Source: Octopus sinensis (lineage: Eukaryota). From it: 64,000 bases of DNA. The notes beneath the pieces are model-generated. The model saw nothing but the letters and a program-made list of their open reading frames with translations, did no database searches and was not told the DNA's origin. The DNA is taken from the NCBI RefSeq assembly GCF_006345805.1, contig NW_021832432.1, forward strand, positions 186,001-250,000, written 5' to 3'. The position numbers and the translations under genes were made by a program. This document shows, piece by piece, positions 51,428 through 64,000 of the stretch (positions are counted from its first letter, which is position 1; every line of letters starts with the position of its first letter).

Positions 51428-53117
51428 ATGAAGTACCTGGTATCGGTTTGATGAAGTATCAGGAATATGAATGCTACCTGTGATAGATTGGTATCTCATT
51501 TAGATGTGGGGGTGGATATTCAGATTTATCCCTTATCTGCTTCATATCACGAAACCAGAGCCTAAAGACTGTGGTCCTTAAAATCTCTTAGGACTTCATA
51601 AAAGTATTTGCATATTTTTCATTAAACCAGTCTATTTATGAAGAGTGGCACTTTTAGATCAATGTCAATCTGATACCAAATATCATAAATACTGTATTTG
51701 TCACTCTTTGCACTGACATCCCAGATTCTTTAAATTTCTTCATGGTGTTTTCATATCTTAGATTTCATTCCCATTAGACTAGTATGCTACTATTTTTCAT
51801 CAGTTTTTGATACTTCTAGTGAGCTAAACGAACATGTACGTGTACACACACATGCACATGCATACAGACAAGCACAAGCAGTATCAATATTCACACAAAT
51901 ACTTACACATTTATGTTGTTGTATATACAAGTGTTTCACTGTCCCTATGTAACGAACTATAATGACTCATTCTTAGTCCAGTTCCATTAAATAATAATCT
52001 GTTGATACAGTATCCCTAAAAGAAAAAAAATAATATTTCCTTCAGTTTAATCATTTGTTTGCTGCATGAAAACAAAAAGTACATGATGAATTCAATAAAG
52101 AATCATCTGTTGTACAGTCCCAGATCAGATTTGATTGAGCTTACCTATAACCAAGGCACTCTTAGCTGTGACCAGCTTTATTTTGGAGATGTTTTTGTGT
52201 CTGGTGAGTGATTTGATCTCAGAGTGTGTGTTGAAATTAAAACAATTGCGGGTGGGAGTGACACATACCAGTCATACAAAAATATGTTTTTGAATAACTT
52301 ATATATATCTTCCACACTGTTAATGCATCTTCATTTTTTTGTTTCTCTAAATCATGGACTTCGTTGTCTAAAGTATCTTGCTTTATTTGAGACAGTAAGA
52401 TTTAGTTTTGAAGGAGGCTTGGATACCATTTCTAACAGGTTGAGTGACTGTGTAGTTGCTTCCTTCTTGGCACCATTAGTGGTTGTTAATGTTTGCTCCA
52501 GGTCATCTATGATCAAAGGTGTTCCAGCCATGCCCATCCCATCTTTTCAGATATAGTTTTTCTCACATTATTGAAAAGGACGATGGATTGGTAGAATCAT
52601 TAGTGTTGGATAAAATATTTGTTCCAGATCTTTATATTAGAAGCTCAAATCCTGCTGCAGTCAGCTTTGCTCTTCATCCATTCAAAGTTAATAAAATAAA
52701 GTTACCAGTTTCAGAGCTGTGAATTGGTGGAATTGTTAGCACACTGGGCAAAGTCATTATTATCATCATTATTGTTATAACATCCACCTTTCCATGCTTG
52801 CATGGGTCAGATGGAATTTATTGACCAAGGTAGACTTTCTGTGGCCTAATACCTTTCTTGTCACTAACTCTGAACCTGGAACCATGTGGTTGGTAAACAA
52901 GCTACTTACCTCACAGCCACTCCTGCGCCTATGGTAGGCTTCATTCAGTTTCCATCTTGCAATTCCACTCACAAGGCTTTGGGTTGGTCCTGAGCTATAG
53001 TAGAGGACACTTGTTCAAACACACAGTGGGACTGAACTCAAGACCACGTGGTTGGGGAAGCCAGCTTCTCTATCACTCAGCCACGCTTGTGCCTGTCTTG
53101 TGGTATTTCTTCTCATC

Positions 53118-53350
53118 TAAGGTGGCGAGCTGGTAGAATTGTTAGCACGCCAGGTGAAATGCGTAGCCGTATTTCGTCTACCGTTACGTTCGGAGTTCAA
53201 ATTCTACCGAGGTCAACTTTGCCTTTCATCCTTTTGGGGTCGATAAATTAAGTACCAATTACGCACTGGGGTCAATGTAATCGACTTAATCCATTTGTTA
53301 GTCCTTGTTTGTCCCCTCTGTGTGTAGCCCCTTGTGGGTAGTAAGAAATA
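53118..53350 (+). mobile_element. Family B SINE, full length and young
   Basis: Near-consensus with CpGs retained. Confidence 0.9.
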
Positions 53351-53372
53351 GGTATTTCTTCTCATTCTTTAC

Positions 53373-53498
53373 ATTGTAAGATTGCCTGCAACAGCAGTAG
53401 TGTCAAGCTGTACCAGCCCTTGCCTTTCCTTTGAATGTTCTTTAGGTGAGGTGGCATGGAGGGAGGAGATACTTGTTGCATGAGCAACTGCAGGTCTT
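53373..53498 (-). CDS. Candidate internal exon, 126 nt (EDLQLLMQQVSPPSMPPHLKNIQRKGKGW... in phase 1)
   Basis: Strong acceptor gcctttttctattttatag, moderate donor gtaaag, raised GC, length divisible by 3, two frames open. Confidence 0.3.
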
Positions 53499-53649
53499 CT
53501 ATAAAATAGAAAAAGGCCTTGACAAGACCTGCACACTGATAGAGAGTGGGGACATTTTAGGTCCAGATATATGGTGAACACTGGTCAGCAGAGGTATTGA
53601 ATATGATCCTATATCTCCACTGTGTTTTCAATAGACTCTAGGATATATC

Positions 53650-53980
53650 TCTTTCATCTCTTTTACAAGTTTCAGTCATTAGACTGTGGCCATGCTGGGG
53701 CATAGCCTTGAATTTTTTTTTGTTTTTTTAGTTGAATGAAATGACCCTTGTACATGTTTATTTTTTATGAAAGTTTTGTACTTATTTTATCGGTCTCTTT
53801 GCTGAACTGCTAAGTTATGGGTATGTGGACACACACCAACACCAGTTATCAAGCAGTGGTGGGGGACAAAGTCACATAGGCACACACAGCAGGACTGAAC
53901 CCTGAGCCATGTGCTCAGGAAGCAAATTTCACACACACGCACACTCTCACACATGCATGCACACACACACACACTTTCAC

Positions 53981-54016
<36 letters not shown>

Positions 54017-54245
54017 ACATGCACACACACTCTCATACACATGCACATATGCCCACACACACACTCTCTCACACACATGCACACACATACACGACAGGCT
54101 TCTTTCAGCTTCTATCTACCAAATCCACTCACAACGCTTTGGTCAGCCCGAGGTTATAGAAAAAGACACTTGCCCAAGGTGCCACACAGTGGCACTAAAC
54201 CCGAGCCATGTGGTCAGGAAGCAAACTTCTTACTGCACAGTCACG
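53650..54245 (-). mobile_element. Family A SINE with a long (CA)n expansion
   Basis: Tail, core and head in reverse orientation around (CA)n at about 53930-54090. Confidence 0.8.
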
Positions 54246-54869
54246 TGAGATTTAGTTGCTGTTTCTAGTAGGTTGATCAACCCGCTTTGAGGCTCTTTTA
54301 CCTAATAGTATATTCTGTTTATAAATAGTGCAGAAAATTTGAAGGTATACAAAAACAAGGCAACGCTGTGTTAGTAGCACACACTGAATATTCATACCTG
54401 TTTAAAATGGTTTCAATATCCAGTCTCTGTATATGGGTATCCCATGTGTGTGCGTGACTGAGTATGTGAAGGATATCCAATCTCCAACTTGTAATTTAAT
54501 TCAGCTAGAGGTGCTGTGTGCAATTTTCGTTTGTCTGATTAGTTTCTTACTTATTTGTAACAGCCTAGGTGTGTGCAATTGTAGTCTTGAATGAATATTA
54601 AATAGCTGCTGTTTGCATTATTTGAACGAGGTGTTCACAAGTGCAGATGGAGTAGGAAGGAGATGGAGAGATAAATTTCGCACTTGCTACAGCAGAAGCA
54701 CAACACAATCATTAATTAGGTAGACCTAATTTAGTAGTAATATGCAAATATAATGAAGGAATCGCTATATAGCTGGTTGAATTATTATAAATAGCAGCCA
54801 GATTTCTCTCAAATCAACCTGTACTGTCATATAAAAAAAAAGAAAGAAAAAAAAAAGATATTGGTATAC

Positions 54870-55260
54870 AAATAGCTGTGTAGTAAGAAATTTGTTTCCC
54901 AACTATATGGTTCTGGGTTCAGTCCCACTGTGTGGCATTTTGAGCAAGTGTCTTCTAATATAGCCCCAGGCCAACCAATGCCTTGTGAATGGATTTGGTT
55001 GTTAGAAACTGAAAGAAGCCTCTCATGTATGTTTATATCTATCTGTGTATGTTTGTGTTTGCCCCTCACTACTGGTGTTGGTTTGTTTATGTCCTTGTGA
55101 CTTAGTGGTTCAACAAAAAAGACCGTTACAACTGAGTACCAAGCTTTTAAAAAAATACAAGAAGTATTGGAGCTTGTTCAGCTAAACCCTTCAAGGCAGT
55201 GCCCCAGTGTCGCTACTATCCAGTGACTGAAACAAATAAAAATAAATATATATTTGATAA
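54870..55260 (+). mobile_element. Family A SINE
   Basis: gctgtgtagtaagaa...ctgggttcagtcccactgtgtggc and the family tail. Confidence 0.8.
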
Positions 55261-57092
55261 TGCGGTGCCCCAGCATGGCCACAGCTCGTGAGCTGAAACT
55301 AGATAAAATGAAAAAAATGAATGAAATGCAATGTGAAATAAATTATGTATATAAAGGCAGGGCCCTTTTGATTATTAATTGGCAGAAGTGTGACTCAAGT
55401 GCTGAGAGTTACATGCATTGATAAGTGTCAATACTCAAAATTCTCATCCCTTGAGTCACTCTGTAACTTTGGCCAGTTAATAATATATATATGTATATAT
55501 ACATGCATGCATATGCATACTCTGTAAAGTGGCTGGCATTAGGAAGGGCATCCATCTGTAGAAACTATGCCAAAGCTGACACTGGAGCTCAATGCAGTCT
55601 TGCAGCTTACTGGATCCTGTCAAACTGTCCAATCCATGCCAGCATAGAAAACAGATGTTAACTGATAATGATGGTGGTGTTGCTGGTGGTGATGTCATCA
55701 GTGTCAGCAGCGGTGGCATCGTCGATGACGATGATATTCTTTCAGTTCTATTTTCTTGTTTGTATGACCAAACCCGTATTTTTTATCATAGATCTGGTGA
55801 GTCAAGTCTAACAATGGGACTAAAAGACAATAACAACAACTAACATTCTCACAAGCCAGTAAGGAAACACCTACAGAGTTGTTTGGCTTCCAAGAAATAG
55901 CTGTCAACTTTTCCTCAAACAACACTGTTCTGGACATAAAATGCCAAAAAGAAGATAACATGCTAATGTCAAGAAGGCCTGTTGGATAATAAAATAAATG
56001 TAAGTGAATTTCAGAAGGTATAATTTACCCAACAGTTAACTGGACTCTTAGACTAAACTGGTTATACCACTTAAGGTACCTTGGATCTGGGGTACCATCA
56101 CTATCTAGAAGGATTGCAAAGCAGACTGTAGCACAGAATATGGCAACAGAAGAGTATCCAGGTGTCATGGTCTGGAAACAGCCTGGCTCCCTTAGAGGGT
56201 AAGAAATTAAGGGCTGAAACACTTGCATGAGGAGAAACACTTCTTTTCTGAGGATCTTCCGCTGCTCAGCTCTCGCTAGAGTTTCTTACTACTAAAGAAG
56301 CTATTTATTGCAACTTGCCTCTGTTGTAACTGGTATTAAAATCTACAGACATATGGAAACAAAGTGGATAGTGAAGAGAGATACTGCATAACAGAACATG
56401 CAGTATGGTCTGTAGGTGTGACATGTTTAGAGCTTTGGATCTGTATGTTGTGCCTAGTTAATCAGCCAACAACCTACTGTTGGCACAAATCTATTCAATC
56501 AGGCTGATTTAGAACTACGCTACAAAGACCACTATTTCTCAATGACTGATCTATAGTTGTAAATCATAAAAGCTGTGAATAGCAAGCTATCGATGATGTA
56601 CCATTATAAAGTGTATATGTAAATCATATTATGGGCAGTGTCCAACCATGATCTTCATGTCATAATTTTCATGCATGTGGTCTTCTTGGACCCTTCATAA
56701 AATGTTAGGGTATGAGTTTTACGGAAATTTGGCTTCCATTTCTGACAGATTGAGCAACCAAGTGACACTCATAGTGACATCAGCACTCGATATTGCAGGG
56801 TAGTGAAATACTCATGAATTATGCAGTACTACCAGCTGTAGCAGGTAATACTCCTTGTTATTTATTTACAGCTAGGTTGACCGGGCTATTTGAGAATCAA
56901 ACACATTTGCTATGGACAGTCTAGTAGTTATGATGACAAGATATGAACTGTGCACTCTTCAATTTGCAGCTTGGTTCAGTTTTCCATTTCAGCTGTCAGT
57001 GGTTGGATACTAATTTTTTTTTTTTTTTTTGTTGAAACATTATTATTCCTAAATCTCTCAGCAAGAGATATTCAGTAGCAGTACTTTAAAGT

Positions 57093-57329
57093 AAAGGTTA
57101 TTTGCCAACCTAATATGGCAGTCCCACTTGGGACGGATGCTCCTGTTGTTTAGCCCCAGGAGACATCATCTCCGGCTGGCTAAACAGGAGTGCTAAACTC
57201 CCCTCTTCGAAAATATAAGGACTGAGATTGTGTATCGTATAGCCAGCTGGAGACGATGTCTCCTGGGGCTAAACTACAGTAGCATTTGTTCCAACTGGGA
57301 CTGCCACATCAGGTTGGTAAATAACCTTT
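57093..57329. mobile_element. Fold-back MITE with arms of about 90 bp and a 57-nt spacer
   Basis: 57093-57182 is the reverse complement of 57240-57329 with about 10 mismatches. Confidence 0.8.
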
Positions 57330-57809
57330 TTTTTTTGTTGAGATAGACTTAAATCTAACATTGGATTAATAATTCTTACTTAATATAGGCTCAAGGCCTG
57401 AAATTTGGATGAAGTGGGTGGTTGATTAGATTAACCCTTGTACTTAACTGGTACTTGTTTTCTAGATTCCTGAAAGGATGAAAGTGAAAATCAGCCTCAG
57501 TAACATTTGAACTCAGAATGTAAAGCTTGAAGAAAAGCTGCTAAATACATTATCTGGCATATTAATGATTCTACCAGCTTGCTGCACTAGCATTGGTTTA
57601 ATAATAAATATTGTTTTGCAATTATAACTCATCTACTGTAATTCTGCAGTCTACTCCTACCTTAATATCTGTCCTGTGGAAGAAGCAAATTATATGCAAA
57701 CAAAAATTCTCTTTCCACACATATTAATTCAATATTAAAACTTGAGTAAATTTAACAGAACCTCAATGATTTATTTTTGTTTTTTTATATATACCCTTAC
57801 CCCTTTACC

Positions 57810-58167
57810 CTTTTACTTGTTTCAGTCATGTGACTGTGGCCTTGCTGGAGCACCACCTTTAGTCGAGCAAATCAACCCCAGGACTATTCTTTGTAAACCT
57901 AGTACTTATTCTATCAGTCTCTTTTGCCAAACCACTAAGTTGGTTGTCAAACGATGTTAGGGGAACAAACACAGACCCACAAATATATACACACACATAT
58001 ATACATATATACGACGAGCTTCTTTCAGTTTCCGTCTACCAAATCCACTCAGAAGGCTTTGGTCAGCCTGAGGCTATAGTAGAAGACACTTGCTCAAGGT
58101 GCCACACAGTGGGACTGAACCCGGAACCATGTAGTTCGTAAGCAAGCTACTTACCACACAACCACTG
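57810..58167 (-). mobile_element. Family A SINE
   Basis: Near-consensus with a short internal deletion. Confidence 0.85.
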
Positions 58168-58459
58168 CTACTCCCACACACATTTTCTTGTGTGTGTGTA
58201 CATATGCATGTGTAGTTATATGCATCTGCATATACATATGTACATCTATGTGTATGTATGTATACATTATTTTCATATATGCATGCATGTGTGTTGAACT
58301 TTTACCTTTTTAAGGCTAACAAGCTTTCATCAAACTGAAACTTTGCAGTCACTGTCAACCCTCTTTCAGTAAAAAGTTAAATAAACATGAATTCTACTAA
58401 AAGTATTGCAATTCCTCAGTTTAATGTTAAATTGTTTTGATGTATAACTTCACCATAAA

Positions 58460-58514
<55 letters not shown>

Positions 58515-61424
58515 TTTGGAAATGTAAGTTACTTAAAGCATTTACCTTCCTTTTCCCTCATTATAATCCCTCTCATTTCTTGTTTTCCTGCTTCCACCCT
58601 TCCTTTCTCTTGTTTATTCTCTCACGTTGTTTTCCTTTCACTTTCTGTCTCCCTTATTGATTCTCTTTGTATCCCCTAACATACACTCCTCAAAGATGTA
58701 TTGCGCACACTCTCTGTCTATTGTTCTATTTACAATGGTAAAACCTTAGAAAAAAAGACATTATTATCTATATTGATTCATGAAATTTAATTCTGGGGTG
58801 ATTAAGCTAGGGCTGCACGTAGGGAAAATGTTTTACTTTGCTTAATTAATTATAGTTTTAAATGGAAAAGATCCATGTACGTTTTCTATAACCTGGTTGA
58901 ATATAAAATGTTTATTCATTATCATTTACCTTCACAATGTAATATCTTGTGTTTCAAGCATAGCTTCATAGAAACTTAATGAATCAACAAAACTCAAGGA
59001 AAAATATTTGAACTGGGGTTAAAACAACTATTTTAAAATAAAATTACACTGATTTTTATTTCTGTCAACTTAATTAAAGCATACTGCCTGTTCTAATGTG
59101 TAATTATAACATGTAACACGTTGTTGAGAGGAAAGCTGTGTAAGATTTATTTTGGAGTTGGTGATATAAGATATGCACTGTTGTTCATGATTATGTATGG
59201 CTTTTACTGGTATGATCTTTGATTGAAGATTTCACTTTGAATGAAGTGTTAAATCCTAAAATTTATTAAAAATTGTTAAGTTTATGAAATTGTCTTGCAA
59301 GATTCCTGATGTGAAATCATGTGTTGAAACAGATACAGTTATATTTCGGAAGTAGACATGTGGGGTGAAAGAGTCACTGAAGAGGTCACAGGTGTGTGAC
59401 AAAAGATTTCCAGACAATTGATATAAAAAAAATTAAGGAGAATAATAAATGAGCGAAGAACAAATATACATAGTGCATATGTTTATTTGGCATGAAATAA
59501 AAAAAATGATCATCTCAAAATATAACACTTACTAAAAATTCCTTTTCACTAAATATAACAGAATAGACACTTTACGAATTATATATGTAATATAATATTG
59601 GTTTCTGAGCAGTGTTAAATTTTTTGCAGTCACAAAGGATTTTCCTCCTTGTTTCATTTTTACTGCATTTTATCTTTTTTTATTTACATCTTTAGTGTTG
59701 AGTTTAATGACTCATAGGAAAAACCTTGAATCATCATATGTGTTTATTGAAGTCAGAGAGTAATTTATAAAACAGAATTTTCCATCCCACATATTTTACA
59801 ATCAATGCTATTGATAAAAGAGCAATTTTCCAAACACACACACACATACATACATATATATATATACACACACACACATATATACATATATATACACACA
59901 GACACAAGCGTTGTGTGTTATCCCACTTGCAAACTTAGAAAGTCAGTTCTTTGGGAAAATTGTATCTGATATATTTCACAAATGTTTTGCACCAAATTTC
60001 TGTATGACATCCTGTTTAGTAGGTTTTTCAATAAAATCTTTCAAAAGTGTCAGGAAATAACAAAACAATATAGTTTCTTTATATTTCCAATAATAACACC
60101 GGAAAAAAATAATTGGGTCAATTGAAAATCAGTTTTTTTCAATGCAAGTGTTCTCTATTGTATGCACGTAAGATCAAGTGTGTAATGTGTATCCAGTACT
60201 GAATGCTGTCTTGCATAGGGAAAATTTTAACCACCGTTGTTTCAGTCTTTTGAAGATGAAATAATAATTGCAAATGTAAACAAAATATATGCATATATTT
60301 TGATATATTTTGTTTATATACAAGGTCATCTTGTATATAAACACAATATCTTATATACATGATCATTGTTATGTCCTGTCCTTCCTCCTTTCACTTTCCT
60401 TTATTCTCCCCCATTGTCTTTTTCTCTAATTTTCCCACCTCACTCCTTTTTGTGTTACCTGTGTGATTTGCTCTCTGAAATAAAGGAGAGGGAGCAGATA
60501 TGGAAGAAAAGAGTGTGACAGACTGTCTTTTAGATTTAAAAAAAAAAAGGTAGTGACAAATATGCAGGATAAAACAAATCAATTCAGATATTGATAAGGT
60601 TCCCAGTGATTCATTGAAGGAGTAGGGGTGAGACTCTTTCTTTTTCATACATAAGATATGTATATAGGTCTGTATCTCTGTATGGTTGTGCGTTGTTGGT
60701 AATATATTGATAAATGATAAAAATCTACGTATGTTTGTGTGTGAAGATATCTATCGACATGTATATAAGAAGTAGAGATATAGAAGTAGAGATTTAGTTT
60801 ATCTCTTCTTTGTGCCTGAGAGTAACTATATGTCAGTCTCATAAGCCAAGCACTGATATCAGTTTGGTTGACATTACCGAATGATAAATTCAAATGACAT
60901 AAAAATTGTGCGTACATCGGTGACATAGTGGATAGCAACATTGTACTTGATAAATGTTCCTAATTCAAATCCAGTCTGAAACCATGACTGGAACCAGAAA
61001 TAAAACACTTGATGATTGTTTATTTGAGGATAATCCTGCACCCTACCTTTCTCATTGCTGCTGGAGATTATTAAGGCCTGTGAAACATTACTATTTTAGA
61101 GTCATTGTCTCAGAGTTATGATATTGCTGTTTCTTATAAAAGCCATGAACTTCTGAAGCATTTACCTGATGTGAACTCATTTCTTTTCATCTACTCTATT
61201 CACATATCTTTGTTCATATATTTTATCACATCCTTCCTTCCTTCTGTTTTATAAAATGAGAAGGAGAACCTCTATGTGATCATCTGATCTGCAAGAAATA
61301 ACAACCAAATCTCCATAGAATCATACCTCTGATATTTATACCTGAAGAAAGAAGAAAACATTCAGTATTGTAGCCTTTGATACATTGTCTGACAAGGAAA
61401 AAAAAAGAAAGAGGATTGTCATAG

Positions 61425-61775
61425 GCTCAGGTGAGGCTGTGTGGTAAGAAGTTTGTTTCTCAACCACATGGTTCTGGGTTCAGTTCCACCTTGTGGCACC
61501 TTGAGCAAGTACCTTCTATTATACCCCTAGGCCAACCAAAGCCTTGTGATTGGATTTGGTAGATGGAAACTGAAAGAAGTCCATCATATATGTGTGTTTG
61601 TCCACCACCACCACCACCACTTGACAACTGGTGTTGGTTTGTTTACATCCCTGTAACTTAGTGGTTTACAATCACATAAAAAAAATTAATTACTGGAACC
61701 AATTTCTTTGACTAAATCCTTCAAGGTGGTGCTCCAGCATGGCTTCACTCTAATGACTGAAACAAGTAAAAGAAC
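61425..61775 (+). mobile_element. Family A SINE
   Basis: ggctgtgtggtaagaag...gggttcagttcc...ggcaccttgagcaag and the family tail. Confidence 0.8.
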
Positions 61776-62208
61776 AAACGAATTAGCTGGAATGTGGCCT
61801 GCCATCACAGATCTGCCTACTCTGCCTAATCAGCAACAACAATGATAGCAACTATCTTTTGCCCCTAGGTATGTCATCTCTATCTATCTAAATCCATTTC
61901 ATGCCCCCAAATTATTTTTCAAACCCTTGATAAACATTTTAATGCTAGATGAATTTAGCCATTGAGAGTTCAGTTAAGAATATAGGCTTCGGCAACATAC
62001 ACTAATCTGGAACTGGCTCAAAATGCCAATCTCTCAGTTTTTTCATCTCATCATCCCAGCTTCCACACGTTAAGCCCTTAGCTTGAAGAAAGCTTAAAAT
62101 TAATGTTGAGCTCAAAGATTTCCTCTTTGAATTATTGATTATGAAATGATTTTCATATTTCAAATCCTGCCAAGGTCAACTTTGCCTTTATTCCCTCTGG
62201 GGTTTTTT

Positions 62209-62595
62209 TCTTTTACTTGTTTCAGTCATTTGACTGTGGCCATGTTGGAGCACTGCCTTTAGTCAAGCAAATCGACCCCAGGACTTATTCTTTGTAAGCC
62301 TAGTACTTATTCTATCGGTCTCTTTTGCCGAACCACTAAGTTACAGGGACGTAAACACACCAGCATTGGTTGTCAAGCGATGTTAGGGGCACAAACACAG
62401 ACACACAAACACACACACACACATATATACACATATATACGACCGGCTTCTTTCAGTTTCCATCTACCAAATTCACTCACAAGGCTTTGGTCAGCCCGAG
62501 GCTGTAGTAGAAGACACTTGCCCAAGGTGCTACACAGTGAGACCGAACCCAGAACCATGTGGTTGGTGAGCAAGCTACTTACCACACAGCCATGC
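62209..62595 (-). mobile_element. Family A SINE, full length and young
   Basis: Near-consensus copy. Confidence 0.9.
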
Positions 62596-62832
62596 AGTCT
62601 TCCACACTTATCAATCCTCTTCATGTATAGGTGATCAGTGTCTGCACATGGATGATGTTAGGAGCTTTCTTGACTTCCTGTCCATCTCCTTTAGCTCCTC
62701 CTCTGTCTACTTCAGGATTGCAGTGCCATACCGAACTACTGTGAATGCACGTGAGCTTATTGCCGAAATTAAAGTTTTTGGCATTTAGCTTTGAAGCCAA
62801 TATTTTTCTCACTTGCCACAGATACTCTCTTT

Positions 62833-62834
<2 letters not shown>
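62594..62834 (-). mobile_element. R4/Dong/Rex6-clade LINE fragment (region after the RT domain)
   Basis: KREYLWQVRKILASKLNAKN / ISAISSRAFTVVRYGTAILK*TEEELKEMDRKSRKLLT / ADTDHLYMKR / GLISVEDC across frameshifts. Confidence 0.7.
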
Positions 62835-62890
<56 letters not shown>

Positions 62891-63366
62891 CCATCGCACA
62901 ATATTTCTGGCCTTGTGCCTACATTAGAAATACTTATCATCATCAGCATCATCATTTTTTATTACAAGATTGGTACATGATAGAATTGGTGGAGCACAAA
63001 AACACCTTGTAATATTTAAGTAGCTTTGCTTTCTGACTTCACTTTTCATTCTTCTGGAGTTGATAAGATAAGTACCAATCACGTATGGTTTAAACTACTG
63101 TGGCTTCTCCAAAAATCTGTGGCATTGTGCCAATTTTAGAAAATGTCATCATCATCTTCATGATCACCATTAGTATGAAGATGTTTTTTTTTATTCTCCC
63201 TTCAGAACATGTTTTACTCAAGTTTAACCAAATGATATTTTCTTTTGAATACTTGTAAAAAGAACTATAATTGCCTATGGAAAACCTGTCTTTGATGCCC
63301 ATGGGCAGATAATTGAAAGGAAAAAGAGGTTTCTTTCACAAAATTAAAATTTTATTTATACACCTT

Positions 63367-63451
63367 GATATTGGCTGGTCGTAGGTATCGACTGGTTATA
63401 GGCATCAACTGGTTATTGATATTGGCTGGTTATAAGTACTGACTAGTTATG
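63367..63451. repeat. Degenerate 17-bp minisatellite, five units
   Basis: tgatattggctggtcgta / ggtatcgactggttata / ggcatcaactggttatt / gatattggctggttata / agtactgactagttatg. Confidence 0.7.
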
Positions 63452-64000
63452 GGAATTGCTTTTCGTACTTTTTAGCCTCAGTTTCCTATGATCATATCAA
63501 ACCAGTGATAGCACATGGCCTAGTGATTAGGCTGTTTGCCCTATGATTATAATGTTGTGGGCTCAATTCCTGGATTGGTCGACATATTGTGTCCTTAAGC
63601 TAGGAATTTCATTTCAAATTACTGTAGCCTACCTTGCAGAAACGAAATGAGTACCAGCTAGGTGCTAATACAACCCTGCCACCAGCTGTCACATTCTCAA
63701 CGTTTTGCTGTGTCATGGCAAAAAACATTCCACAATGTGTTTTTTTTTTACTGTGTTTAAAGAAGGCAGAGTTTGATTTGAGGGAGATTTGGTTGCTGTG
63801 TCTATTGGTTTGAGTGGCCATGTATCAGCTACTTAATTGGTTCCTATTCAATAGCTGTAATGAATGACATGAGCATTTAAACCAAAAATGTTGTATAGAA
63901 TGACATATAGTTATCTCAGCACAGTGTATGGTATTTTCACAAATAAATCTTACTGCTGACATTTATTCCAAGGACTTTGTGCATATATATATATATATAT

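Noticed and set aside
52224-52556. Overlapping 110-aa plus and 61-aa minus ORFs
   Set aside because: The start of the minus ORF lies in a family E repeat; no splice signals or domain are recognisable.
56070-56220. RYLG...SLRG as an L1/Tx1 RT remnant
   Set aside because: Too few motif residues to support a call.
1-64000. CRISPR arrays, operons or prokaryotic systems
   Set aside because: The sequence is eukaryotic, with no regular repeat-spacer array and no dense ORFs.

Overview
This is very AT-rich, microsatellite-dense animal genomic DNA. The recurring SINE families match my recollection of octopus repeats, so the taxon is an inference, not a database result. No protein-coding gene can be called with confidence. 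Nearly all ORFs in the track are translated microsatellites (YIYI, HTHT, CVCV, LSIY) or SINE sequence, and the window looks like intron or intergenic space with a few weak exon candidates. Supported content: many copies of four or five SINE-like families; fragments of RTE, CR1/L2-type and R4/Dong LINEs; mariner-, piggyBac- and possibly Merlin-type MITEs; non-autonomous Helitrons and a Helentron-like element with nested insertions; and a decayed 5S rRNA copy. The most unusual signal is at 48.9-50.9 kb. Two long palindromes there carry hammerhead-ribozyme-like cores. One (50359-50840) is a head-to-head dimer of a tRNA-derived head, an (AAT)n linker and a minimal hammerhead, flanked by a 15-bp target-site duplication, and looks like a Pol III, ribozyme-bearing non-autonomous retroelement of the Penelope type. 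Most SINE boundaries are approximate (about 10 bp).
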